Of a stretch of 64,000 nt of DNA, positions 44,633-64,000 are shown in pieces. Positions within the stretch are counted from its first letter, which is position 1; each line of letters begins with the position of its first letter. The position numbers and the translations under genes were made by a program. The notes under the pieces were generated by a model. That model was given only the letters and a program-made list of their open reading frames with translations. It did not search any database and was not told the DNA's origin. Origin of the DNA: the human T2T-CHM13v2.0 reference genome, Homo sapiens; assembly GCF_009914755.1 (NCBI RefSeq), contig NC_060941.1; one strand, 5' to 3'.

Positions 44633-44815
44633 TGAGCCACCGCTCCCTGCCTTAGTTTTTGTATTTTTAGTGGAGACAGGGTTTCACCATGTTGGCCAGG
44701 CTGGTCTCGAACTCCTGACCTCGTGATCCACCTGCCTCAGCCTCCTAAAGTGCTGGGATTACAGGCGTGAGCCACTGTGCCCATCCAAGGGAATTCTTTT
44801 TTTTTTTTTTTTTAA

Positions 44816-45028
<213 letters not shown>

Positions 45029-45433
45029 TGATCTACCCACCTCAGCCTCCCAAAGTGCTGGGATTACAGGCGTGAGCCACCGTGTCAGGCCCCAAGGGAA
45101 TTCTTTAAGCAAACAAGTGGGGAGAGCTCTTCAGAAGGAGGCATAGGTGAGACCTGGAGGGTGGGTGAGCAAATATCCCAGACTCCACTAGTTCCCTACC
45201 ACCACATGCCCTTAAGTTCTCTTGCAGCCTGAGGACTCTTCCTGCCCAGGCCAGAGGAGGTTGTGTTTCTTCCCCTCCTTTCATTCTTCAAGTATCTGTT
45301 GAGTGTCTACTGGGTGTCAGCCACAATTCCTAGTACAGCAGAGACAAAAATAAAATACCTGCTGTCAGGGAACACACAGCTGAGTTGGGGGGAGGCCTGG
45401 TAGCACTGGCCTAACTTGATCTCTGTTCCCCAG

Positions 45434-45644
45434 GGTTGCTCCTGGACGCCACCAACAACTTTAGCTATGTTTTCTACATGTCCAGCTTCTTCCTCATCTC
45501 AGCTGCCCTCTTCATGGGTGGCAGCTTCTACGCCCTGCAGAAGAAGGAGCAAGGCAAGCAGGCTGTCGCGGCGGATGCCCTGGAGCGGGATCTTTTCTTG
45601 GAAGCCAAAGACGGTCCTGGGAAGCAACGGTCCCCTGAGATCAT
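45434..45644 (+). CDS. SLC16A5: SLC16A5 coding exon 4 (GLLLDATNNFSYVFY...RSPEI)
   Basis: ccccag| acceptor; donor AT|gtatgt; read-through gives MYVTSV* ending 45663. Confidence 0.93.
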
Positions 45645-45902
45645 GTATGTAACCAGCGTCTAAGACCCAGGGTTCATCTGTGTGACCAGTGTCTGAGTCC
45701 TGGGATCACTGAGTGAACACTGTCTCAGCCCAGCCCAGGAGGGGGACCTCTAGCTCCTTCACCAGGGGCTTGGGTGAAGAGTAGCCCAGGAAGCCCGGGC
45801 TGTCCAGGCTCTGCAAGCTGGGACTCTGCCAGGAGCTGGGACTTTGGAGGCTGGCCTCTGAAGATGCCCTGAGAAACTCTTTTTTTTTTTTTTTTTTTTT
45901 GA

Positions 45903-46043
<141 letters not shown>

Positions 46044-47343
46044 TAGCTGAGATTACAGGCATGCGCCACCACTCCCGGCTAATTTTGTCTTTTAGTAGAG
46101 ATGGGGTTTCTCTATGTTGGTCAGGCTGGTCTCCAACTTCCGACCTCAGGTGATCTGCCCACCTCAGCCTCCCAAAGTGCTGGGATTACAGGCGTGAGCC
46201 ACCGTGCCCAGCCAGAGGAACCCTTTTCTAACAACTAGCGGAATCCAGGAGCAGGCCCTCCGGACTTTTTTCCTTGGGTACCAGGGTACTCGGGGCCCAG
46301 GAACCTGGGTCTGAGCCCTGCTCAGGTTTGTCCCAGCCGGCTCAGCGCAGCTGGCTGTGTGTTGCTGCTCCTACAGCTCAATGCACTGGACCTTCTCGTC
46401 CAGCCTGGATGCCTCTATCATTTCTCTTTGTCTTTCTCTGGCCTCCATACCGTTCTGAAGAGCTCACCTTCCTCTAGGTTCCTCCTGCCCTGCTCTTCCC
46501 AAGTGACCCAGCCCTCACCTGTAGGGCAGCCAAGGCTGGTGGTGCAGCTGCCCCCAGTGAAGGTCATTGGGCATCGCACTGGGCAGTGCAGAGGTCCAGG
46601 CTGAGGAGTTGAGTGGCGCGCCCATCCTGGCGCCTGTGCAGAGAACGGGAGGGGGGCCCCTGGCTTGGATCCTAGAATCGGTGAAGTCTGAGGGCCCCCC
46701 TGCAGTCTCAGCAGGACCTGCTCTATCAAGGGGCTTCCTCCTTCCTTTCCCCACCCTGTCTCCTTGGCGGGGAGGATTAGTGCCAGGTGGGGGAAGCCAG
46801 ACATTTGACTGACGGGAGAGGAAGGCTTGCCAGGCAGCCCGAAGACTGTTGTGAAAATGGGGCTGCTTTTGCAAGGGAAGCTCTTTTACTCCCCATTCCT
46901 GTCCTCCAGAGGCCCCCCTTTTCCCTGCCGTGTTATTGGTGTCAACCCTGGGGTAAGTGGCTGGCTGGACTCACCCCTGCTCCCCGTACACCTGTGCCTG
47001 TGACTGGCGGTCCAAGCTCCCCACACACACATCTTGCTGGTGCCTTTCCCTGAAGTCACCACCCAGGGGCTGGCTGTCATCAGCCCATTCTTGTCCCAGC
47101 AGGGTACCGAGGGAATGATAAAACAGAATGTGTTTGAATTACACACAAAAATGTTCCCTGCAGCAGGTCATAAACTCTGTGAACTAATGAAGCTGACAAA
47201 CAGAGCTGGAGTACGTTTCCCCTCACCCTTCCTTTCCTCCTAGCTCAGCAAGGGGTGCTCAGGTTCAGGATGTTGTTTGTTGATTCAGGCTCAACCAGGC
47301 TCCGCAAGAAAACCTTATCAGGAGATTTTATTTTCATGAACAG

Positions 47344-47497
47344 GTGCCAGTCTTCCCGCCAGCCACGTCCAGCTGGCGTCAATAAGCATCTTTGGGGATG
47401 TCCTGCCTCCTCCAGGACCAGCCATGAGTGGCTCTTATGGCCAAAGGCGGTACTGCAGGCCAAGCAAACGGCTCTGGGCTGGAATAGCCCTACCTGA
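47344..47497 (+). CDS. SLC16A5: SLC16A5 terminal coding exon (MCQSSRQPRPAG...ALGWNSPT*)
   Basis: gaacag| acceptor; exon lengths 199+144+810+211+154 = 1518 nt = 505 aa, the known human MCT6 length. Confidence 0.88.
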
Positions 47498-47570
47498 GTG
47501 CCCTGTTTGACTCCGCCACTATCTGCCATGTGAGTTGGGCAAATTGTTGACCACCTCTGAGCCTTGAAAA
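47470..47570 (+). mobile_element. MIR-like fragment overlapping the SLC16A5 stop codon
   Basis: ggctctgggctgga...ctccgccactatctgccatgtgagttgggcaaattg...ctctgagcct resembles the MIR core ctctgccacttactagctgtgtgaccttgggcaagt...ctctgagcctc. Confidence 0.55.
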
Positions 47571-47599
47571 AGTAGGAGGTTACTTTGTTAGAGCAAAAT

Positions 47600-47605
47600 A
47601 ATAAA
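47600..47605 (+). terminator. SLC16A5 polyadenylation signal
   Basis: AATAAA ~100 nt after the stop codon. Confidence 0.75.
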
Positions 47606-47934
47606 ATTTAATTTTAAAAAAGAAAACGTAGGAGGTTCGTTTGGATGAGCTAGTCTCTTCCGGTTGAAAAGTCTGACTCGGTGAGCATCCTGACGACTCC
47701 ATTTCCTTCTGGCTCCCCACCCAGTCTTACACTTGGCTGCCATCAATACCACATGCTCTGAAGGGAGAGTGCTTGCATGTACTTTGCCAAATCCTGTCTG
47801 CTCCATCTCAGTTGAATGGAAAAGGAGGGAGGTGGGGCTGGTAGATAGGTGCTTTTGGTGCTAGTATCCACCAGGTTTTGTGTGCATCCCGTAATGAGCC
47901 CACTTCCTGAAAACATTTAAAGAAAAAAGATATC

Positions 47935-49580
<1,646 letters not shown>

Positions 49581-50035
49581 GGGAGAAGACCAATGAGGGA
49601 AGATGGGGTGGCCCATCTGATTCAGCAATCCCCATCTAGCTGATTGCCTGCGAACCTCTAGAGAAGGTCTGGGGCAGTTCCTGGGCAGGGAGGGATGGAG
49701 CTTACTTCCATCCTCCCTGTTTCTGGGCTCCTATTTGCTGCTCTGTCCAGCAAGAGGCAGAGAAACCCCTTGGGCACCTAGGGGTAAGATGCACTTCCCA
49801 GGCTGCAGAGGCTCCCAAGAGAAGCCAAAGGGCTTTGGTGAGGGTCCTGGGGCCTAGGTACCCAGACTAAGTTAGAAACTCCTGCCTCAGAGGGTGTACA
49901 TAGGGCAGGGGCTGACCACAAGGACCTGAAACCTCAGAGGTGAGGCCTGCTTCCAATGGGGCTGCAGCTGGCTGGAGTGTGACGGCCACTCTGCCTTCAT
50001 CCGGGCCCAGGGCTTAAGATAATGGTCCTTGCCTT

Positions 50036-50475
50036 TGTCAGCCTAAATAACAGAGAGGCTCTCTCAAAGAAAATGATATCTATTTGGGCATAGGGCATTG
50101 CAATGGTAGTATCCATGCCATAGTAAACTATATGGGTATTCAGGGAGGTAAAGGAAGACAGGCTTTAAGGGAAAAAATAGGATTACATAATTGTTTTGAA
50201 ATATTTATCCTTAGGTAGAAGGATTAATAACAAGGGTGACCGCTCAAGGTTGGACAAGCGGTTGCTGGGCAGATGGCCATTCAAAAGTATGTTTTGTGCA
50301 AGGTTGTGACGCCCTTTGTGCAAGGTTGTGGTTTTTGCAGAGTCTTTGTGATAGTTTTCATTATCAGGTATTTATGCACGAGAACCCTCTTGTCATGGGT
50401 TTCTTGGGCTGTGTCCGGGTTTTTTTGTTCTGTTTTTTAACACAAGTGACTCCATTTAGATTAACAACTTTTGCA
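50036..50475 (-). mobile_element. Solo ERV1 LTR (MER31/MER67-like)
   Basis: TG...CA termini, ~440 bp; resembles recalled MER31 consensus (gagaggctctct..aaagaaaatgatat, gggaggtaaaggaagaca); family and strand tentative. Confidence 0.6.
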
Positions 50476-51017
50476 CTCTCAGGACACTCACAGCCTAAGC
50501 CACCTCTACCCCTACGTTGTCAAATGCGATGGGAGTGTGGCTAGACCACCTCCTTCCCTGGTGCTTTGTTTCCTGTAACCACGAGCAATCTATCACACAC
50601 CCGCTTCCTGATAATCTCCGAGAAGGAATCGGCCGAAGGGCTTCAGCATCCAGAAAGCCCCGAAAGCGCCACAATCAAGGCTCCTCCTCGGGCTCCCCCG
50701 TGCTGCCCCGGGCGCGCGCCATCCACCCGGCTGACAAAAAGCACCAGGACATGACCCAGTACCCTTTGATTTCTGTCCAGAGGTGGCGGACCCACCTCGG
50801 GGCTGGGATGGAGGGCGGGTCGGGGTCGCTAGGCTTTTTGCAAAAGGGGCAAAGGACTGATGGGGGGCGTAAGGAGCTGACGCCCGCGCTCCAAAGGGGC
50901 GTCCTGGTCAAGGAGGATGGGCCGCGCCCCCGCCAGCCGTGGGGACCCTGGAGGTGCTTCTGCCTCGACGTCCTCCAACATGGGTGCTGCCAGACTCTGC
51001 TGCGCTCCTGAGTTGCT

Positions 51018-51240
51018 CCTGGCGGAATTCCAGCCACCCGACATGGGTGTCTCATTTTCGGCTTCTGGGCCATGTCGGGACGGCGGAGGACCCCGGGGGA
51101 CCGGCGGGAGAGTGGGAAAGGTGGGGCGGGAAAGCCGAGCGAGGCCCTCACTCGCCCATCTGTTGGCGGGGGCGGCAAGTGGGTTTCTTTCTTGCGTTCA
51201 GATTTTGCAGTAATTTGCATCTGGACATGGGATACGGGAG
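51018..51240 (-). repeat. Inverted paralogous copy of the ARMC7 5' UTR + start of CDS (pairs with 51574-51810)
   Basis: Reverse complement aligns colinearly with 51574-51810, including ATGGCCCAGAAGCCGAA (MAQKPK). Confidence 0.93.
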
Positions 51241-51755
51241 GCCAGGCTGCTCCTCGCAGTACACCCACCCACGCCTGCACCTGCCTCAGCGAAGCCGCTC
51301 GCCGCTGGTTCCAGCACAGGCTAAAGAGCTTCGGCATCCAGAAAACCAGAAGCGCGCCGCGCACGCGCGCCAAGGAGTTCGGCGACGGCCCCGCCCCTTC
51401 GGGGGTAGGGACAGCGCGGCTTCCGCCGGGAGCCCGGAACCGAGCCCAGGAGCCGGGGACGGTGCGCCAGTGCCCCCTCCGCGAGCCCCAACCAGTAGAC
51501 GGTTCCCTGTCTCCCGCGCCCCAATTTCGATTTTCAAACGCAACTCCTACAGGATTCTGAGACCCCGTCCCATCTCCCATATCCCATTTCCAGCTGCAAA
51601 TTACTGCAGAATCTGAACCCAGGAAAGAAACCCATTTGCCGACCCCCTCTTCCCTCTCCAGACAGGTGGAGAGCGGGTGAGGGTCTCGCTCGGCTTTCCC
51701 CCTGCACCTTTCCCACCCTCCCGCCCGTCCCTGGGGGTCCTCCGTCACCGCGGCC

Positions 51756-51846
51756 ATGGCCCAGAAGCCGAAGGTGGACCCCCACGTCGGGCGGCTGGGA
51801 TACCTGCAGGCGCTGGTCACGGAATTCCAGGAGACCCAAAGCCAAG
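51756..51846 (+). CDS. ARMC7: ARMC7 coding exon 1 (MAQKPKVDPHVGRLGYLQALVTEFQETQSQ)
   Basis: Strong Kozak gcggccATGG; donor G|gtgaga. Confidence 0.95.
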
Positions 51847-51929
51847 GTGAGAGCCACGGTGGGATCAGGTGGCAGGGTCCGCTGTGACCGCCGCCCGGAC
51901 CTGGCTTCAGTGCCGCTTTCCCGTTGCAG

Positions 51930-52073
51930 ACGCCAAGGAGCAAGTCCTCGCCAACCTCGCCAACTTCGCTTATGACCCCAGCAACTACGAGTATCTGCGG
52001 CAGCTGCAGGTCCTGGATTTATTTCTCGATTCGCTGTCGGAGGAGAATGAGACCCTGGTGGAGTTTGCTATTG
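51930..52073 (+). CDS. ARMC7: ARMC7 coding exon 2 ([48 protein letters not shown]); remainder of gene lies beyond the window
   Basis: ttgcag| ... |gtaagg, 144 nt, phase 1-1; conserved [10 protein letters not shown] motif. Confidence 0.95.
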
Positions 52074-52147
52074 GTAAGGGCGGGGCCCGTTCCCTAGATG
52101 CCTAAATGGGCCAGGGTGAGATAAGTGAATTAGAAGTGAGTCCTTGG

Positions 52148-55117
<2,970 letters not shown>

Positions 55118-55686
55118 AAAAATACATTATGATAAGTGTGATTCAAATTTTTCAAAGACCATCCAGGTCTCCTCTAAAGAGGAGAGGAGATTCCTGGGGC
55201 CAGACTACAAATGAGGGTCTTCTCTCCATGAGGGGGCTCCAGCACATGTGTGTGCGGATTCACACCCCCACAGACAGCTGCCCCTTGGCCACTCCCTGGG
55301 TTTGGAAGTGCACACACCAACAGTGGCATTCACTCCTGGGAGTCAGGATCCAAGAGAGAGGCCCATGCAGCCGTGGGAGCAGGTTTAGGGCCTGGAGCTC
55401 CAGGTGCAGGGGAAGGACGGCTGTGGGCTTTGGGTGAGCTCCCTGGACTTACTGCCCCACAGAGGACCAGAGTGGGGCCTGCTAAAGCCAAGCCAGGGCA
55501 GGAGCCCCAGTTTCCCAGGTCCCCGAGTGATGCCAGCTCCTCTAGAAGATTATTATGCCAAACAAATATTCTAAAAAGTTGGTCTCTAAAACGTCCTCCG
55601 TCCCGTCCCTTTTCGTGCCTCTGCCCCCACAGCTGCTGCAGTCTGAATGGTGACGGTGGCCCCTGCAGAAGCATGTGGCTAAATCT

Positions 55687-55699
55687 CCACCAGGGGGCG
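55687..55699 (+). promoter_or_regulatory. Candidate CTCF site
   Basis: CCACCAGGGGGCG, near-perfect CTCF core, in unique non-Alu sequence. Confidence 0.65.
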
Positions 55700-57793
55700 A
55701 TAGAGCTCCTCCAAATCAAGCTGCTGCCCCTGGAGAAAAATTGGCGGAAGTCACAGAGCAGTCCCCACCAAAAGTGTTTACCAAGTGGAGTCTTTCCTGC
55801 TGGCGTTTCCTCAGGGTCAGGAAGCAACTTTCCCAGGACAGGGGCACCCTGAGGTCCGGGTCCACTGAGCTATGGGGGCGGCGTGGGCCTGGGCTGGGTT
55901 CTTGCCATCCTGGGCAGCTTCCCGGCGTGGGTGACTGAGCCCGGGTCCTGGAGTCCGCGGTCCCAGCGTCTCCACTTCTCAGCTGATTCCTAGAAGCTGA
56001 GTCCCGTCCCTTCTCCGAGCGTGGTTTCCTCTCCCGCCTTGCCTGCGTCGCAAGCAGTTGTGGGAGCAGAAGTGTGTCTGTGCATCTGTGTCTCTGTGCA
56101 GGTATTTTAGAATTGTTAGGATCATTATCACCAGCTTTACTTTTCCCAACCATTTTTTTCCTCCTTTTTTTCTCTTCCTTCTTCTGCCACAGCAAGACCC
56201 CCCCGCCCCAAGCACAGTAGCTTTCTCAGCGTCGAATCCCTCCGTGGGACCATGTTGCAATGAAATTTCAACATGCAAATGAAATTTCTCGAAATTTCTC
56301 TTGTGTTTATTATGCATGACTGAGAAGGAGAGCCCCCGCGTATTTTCTTACTGCCGTCGTTTCCCTTTCTCTTAGTGTCTCTGCTTGGGGATCCCCGACA
56401 GGCACTTATTCTGCTGTTTCTGGAGAAGGCTCTGTGCTGCGCTTTGGAGCTTTGAGTCTTTTATCCGATGTGGCAGCCCTGAGATTGTGATCTCCCTGAG
56501 CCAGAGCCAGCCTTACTTCTGTCTGCATGGTTTGAGTGCTTAGGCCTTTTGGCCTAGGGAGGAGGAAAGAAGGGGAAGAAAAGGCAGGAGATCTTCACTT
56601 AATAGGTGTGGAGTCCTGGCCATGACTTGGTGCAACACCCCTGAGCAGGGTTGGTTCTGGAAGGACTGGCACAGTGGAGAGCTGAGTCAGATTGCCCATG
56701 GCTGTGGCTCGCAGAACCAAAACCAAGCTGGGTATGGTGGCTCACACCTGTAATCCCATTTGGGAGGCCGAGGGGGGAGGATCACTTGAGGTCAGGAGTT
56801 CGAGACCAGCCTGGCCAACATGGCAAAACCCCGTCTCTACTAAAAATACAAAAATTAGTTGGGTGTGGTGGCGCACACCTGTAGTCCCAGCTACTCGGAG
56901 GCTGAGGCAGAAGAGTTGCTTGAACCAGGAGACAGAGGTTGCAGTGAGCCAAGATCACGCCACTGCACTCCAGCCTGGGTGACAGAGCAAGACTCTGTCT
57001 CCATAAAAAAAAAAAGGAACCAAAACCATTGTCTGCTTGGTTGAGCAGGGTGGTTCATACCTGTAATCCCAGCATTCTGGGAGGCTGAAGCAAGAGGATT
57101 GCTTGAGCCCCCAGGAGGTCAAGAGCAGCCTGGGCAACATAGCAAAACCCTGTCCCTACAAAAACAAACAAAACAAGTATCTGCTTGTTGGCAGGCAGCA
57201 CAGTGAGTTGGATGAGAGCTGGGCCCTGGGGTCAGGCAGGCATCTGGGTGTGGGCTCTCTCTCCTCCAATCATCTGTCAGATGGGGACAGTGCCAGTAGC
57301 TGCTTCACATCAGTTGAGAGAATTAAATGAAACACCACAGTGCTCTTTTAGGGTTAGTGTCTGCAGCCATAGATAGGATTCCCTTGGTTGCCATCCAAAG
57401 ACAAATACCCAAAACCCTTTGAGGGTGAGCTGTCGCCCCTTGTCCCAGAGAGGTGAGGTGCGGGATGGGATAACGTCCTATCAAGGGAATCACTCATCTG
57501 CTCCAGGAATTCTTACCTTCTGGAAAAACATCACGGAATGACAGGAACACCGATCCTCAGCCTCCCAGAGGGTGCCCAGGCAATGTCAGGTGGGGAGAGC
57601 CTGGCTGCAGGCCCGGTGCTGTTGTGCCCCCATCACGGATGGCATTAGCTCACACTTGGGGAGCACCCACTGCATGCCAGGCGCTTGCATCTTGTGCATT
57701 GGACATAGTACTAAAGTAGATGTGCTTACACCGCCTTCTTTCCAATCAGGACTCTGAGGCTTAGAGAGGTTCTGTGGGCTGGCCAAAGGTTTA

Positions 57794-58148
<355 letters not shown>

Positions 58149-58439
58149 CTAGTCCCTTGGCCCTTTTCCTGCCCTTAGAGGAGTTCCAATTCCTAGGATT
58201 GTGGAGCGAAAGCGAGAAAGGAGTTTACTCCAAATTGCTCATTTTATCAATAAGGAAGCTGCGGTGCAGACAGCTGCCCCTCGTCTGGCTGTCGCAGGCC
58301 AGGATGAGAATGCAGGCTTCCTTCCGTCTGTCCCTGCAGCCACCACACTCACAGGTACCCTTCCATGCTGGCTTTGCTGTGGCAGCTCTGAGTGAGGTCT
58401 GCTCTTTGGCCCAGCACTTCTGCCTCCTCTCTGAGGGCT

Positions 58440-59820
<1,381 letters not shown>

Positions 59821-60587
59821 CCATGTCAGCCAGGGCTTCAGTCTGGCCTCAAGTGTTCCCATCAGCGGTGGCAGTGGAACTACAGTGGCAGCAACCACTT
59901 GCCAACAGGGGCCTGGCCTCACTCACCGTCGTCTCTGTGTGGCGGTCTCTTTCTCCTGTGGCTTCCTCTCAGTTGCCCGCCGTCGGCACCGCCACAGCCA
60001 TGAGGAAGGATCCGGCTACAGCGACCGCGGAGAACACGCACGGGTTTTCAAGTCTCTGGCCTCTTTTGTGGCCTCTTGTGGATCTGCCCATTTAGAGCAA
60101 TTGTAGAACTAGTTTATTGACCCTTTCTGTGCTTCTGGCTGCCTTTTCTGCCCAGGGTCCAGGGCTCCTGTTTGGGTGCTGTTGGGATAAAAGCTGCCTC
60201 TCCTGGATGCCCGCCCAGTGCACACCATGTGCTCGCCACACGCCCACCTGAACCAGCCTGTCCACAAGGCCTCTGAATCGGTCATGAACGGCAAGGCCGA
60301 TGGTTCTAACCCCTTTGTACATATCGGGAACCCCCACCACCAAGTGAGGGCAAGTCCACTGCCTGGGGCTCCCGCTGTTAGTGATAACTGGAGCCAGGAC
60401 TTCGCCCCTGTCATCCAGGATCCAAATTCTGTGCCCTGGGAACCCAGCTGGCACCAGGCTCAGACTCTAGTCCCTTGTTCTGGCCTCAAACTCCTGGGCT
60501 CAAGTGATCCTCCGACCCCAGCCTCCCAAAGTGCTAGGATTACAGGCATGAGCCACTGCACCCAGCCCCAGTGGCAGTTCCTCTATG

Positions 60588-60646
60588 ACACTGGTACACT
60601 GGACTGTACACTGGTACACTGGTACACTGGACTGGTACACTGGACT
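60588..60646 (+). repeat. Short tandem array of TACACTGG units with GACTG variants
   Basis: acactggtacactggactgtacactggtacactggtacactggactggtacactggact. Confidence 0.85.
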
Positions 60647-60905
60647 ATTCACAGGGGATTATTTGTTCTTGGGTTTTCCTTCAGTGTCTTGAAAATGGCT
60701 CCTTCAATTTCAAGTCTGAAGGACAGACAGTACATAGAGTAAGCTACCCTTTGTGTGAGAAGGCAGGGTGGAGATGAACACACCTCTGTGTATGCACTCA
60801 CGCTGGCAAGACACAAAAGTGTAATAAGGAAATGGGTTAGTACGAGGCAGGGAACAAGGTAGAAGGGACCAGAATGGTGGTGAGACTTCTGAAAATACCC
60901 TGTGA

Positions 60906-61130
<225 letters not shown>

Positions 61131-61286
61131 TAGCCAGGATGGTCTCGATTTCCTGACCTTGTGATCCGCCTGCCTCGGCCCTCTCAAAGTGCTAGGATTA
61201 CAGGCGTGAGCCACCACGCCCAGCCTGCTGTGAAGACTTTGACCCTGGGCTGCTTCAGCTCAGCATGGGCGAGTCCCCAGATGTAG

Positions 61287-61763
<477 letters not shown>

Positions 61764-62168
61764 TGAGGTCACCCACCTGACCTCCCTGAGTCTCCGGCTT
61801 TCTCATCTTGCTTTCATGTGGGGTTTCCTCTTTTGCCTCTCCAGGGTTCTCGTGTAGAGTTCCTGTGTGTCCTGATGTCTGGAAGGCCCTGCCCTTGCTT
61901 CTTGTTTTCTCTCTGTCTTGTGCAGAGCATGTTCATCAGGAAGTCGGAACTTGTTCTCCTTTCTGTTTTATAACGATTTTTAAGACTGCAGTATGGTGGC
62001 TGGGCACGGTGGCTCAGGCCTGTAATCCCAGCACTTTGGGAGGCCGAGGCGGGCGGATCACGAGGTCAGGAGATCAAGACCATCCTGGCTAATACGGTGA
62101 AACCCCATCTCTACTAAAAATACAAAAAATTAGCTGGGCATGGTGGCGGGCACCTGTAGTCCCAGCTA

Positions 62169-63500
<1,332 letters not shown>

Positions 63501-63667
63501 AAAAGAATAACATCTGGCCAGGTGTGGTGGCTCACGCCTATAATCCCAGCACTTTGGGAGGGCGAGGCAGGTGGATCACAGGGTCAGGAGTTCAAGATAA
63601 GCCAGGCCAAGATGGTGAAACCCCATCTCTACTAAAAATACAAAAGGAAATTAGTCGGGCATGTTGA

Positions 63668-64000
<333 letters not shown>

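Larger units (their letters stand above)
50600..52100. promoter_or_regulatory. ARMC7: ARMC7 CpG-island promoter
   Basis: CpG-dense; GC box GGCCCCGCCCC 51387-51397; ETS-type CTTCCG 51420-51425 and CCGGAA 51434-51439. Confidence 0.85.

Noticed and set aside
50675-51943. 422-aa minus-strand ORF spanning the ARMC7 promoter
   Set aside because: Non-ATG start, antisense to ARMC7 exon 1, in a stop-poor CpG island; no recognisable domain. Only the part from the duplicated ATG (51073) is kept as a candidate
60588-60646. Short repeat array considered as CRISPR-like
   Set aside because: Head-to-tail 8-mer units with no unique spacers, in a eukaryotic context

Overview
Alu-dense primate (very likely human 17q25.1) genomic DNA; genes were recognised from their translated exons and gene order. 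On the + strand, in order: the last three coding exons and 3' UTR of KCTD2 (to ~7330); a decayed, intron-containing TRIM/B30.2 pseudogene, TRIM80P by position (15750-19222); the complete SLC16A5/MCT6 gene (promoter ~29.2 kb; five coding exons summing to 1518 nt = 505 aa); and the promoter and first two coding exons of ARMC7. Most ORF-track entries are Alu or microsatellite artefacts. The most notable unexplained structures are: (1) a ~225-bp inverted copy of the ARMC7 5' UTR and start of exon 1 lying head-to-head across the ARMC7 promoter and opening its own 132-codon ORF; (2) a half-spliced WIPI2 retrocopy (exons 1+2 joined, next intron retained) in a KCTD2 intron; (3) an alternative SLC16A5 C-terminus ending in a PDZ-type motif (YVTSV), versus a 505-aa form whose end lies in MIR-like sequence; (4) the set of lesions that inactivated the TRIM gene. 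No database searches were run; family assignments rest on recalled consensus or protein sequences.
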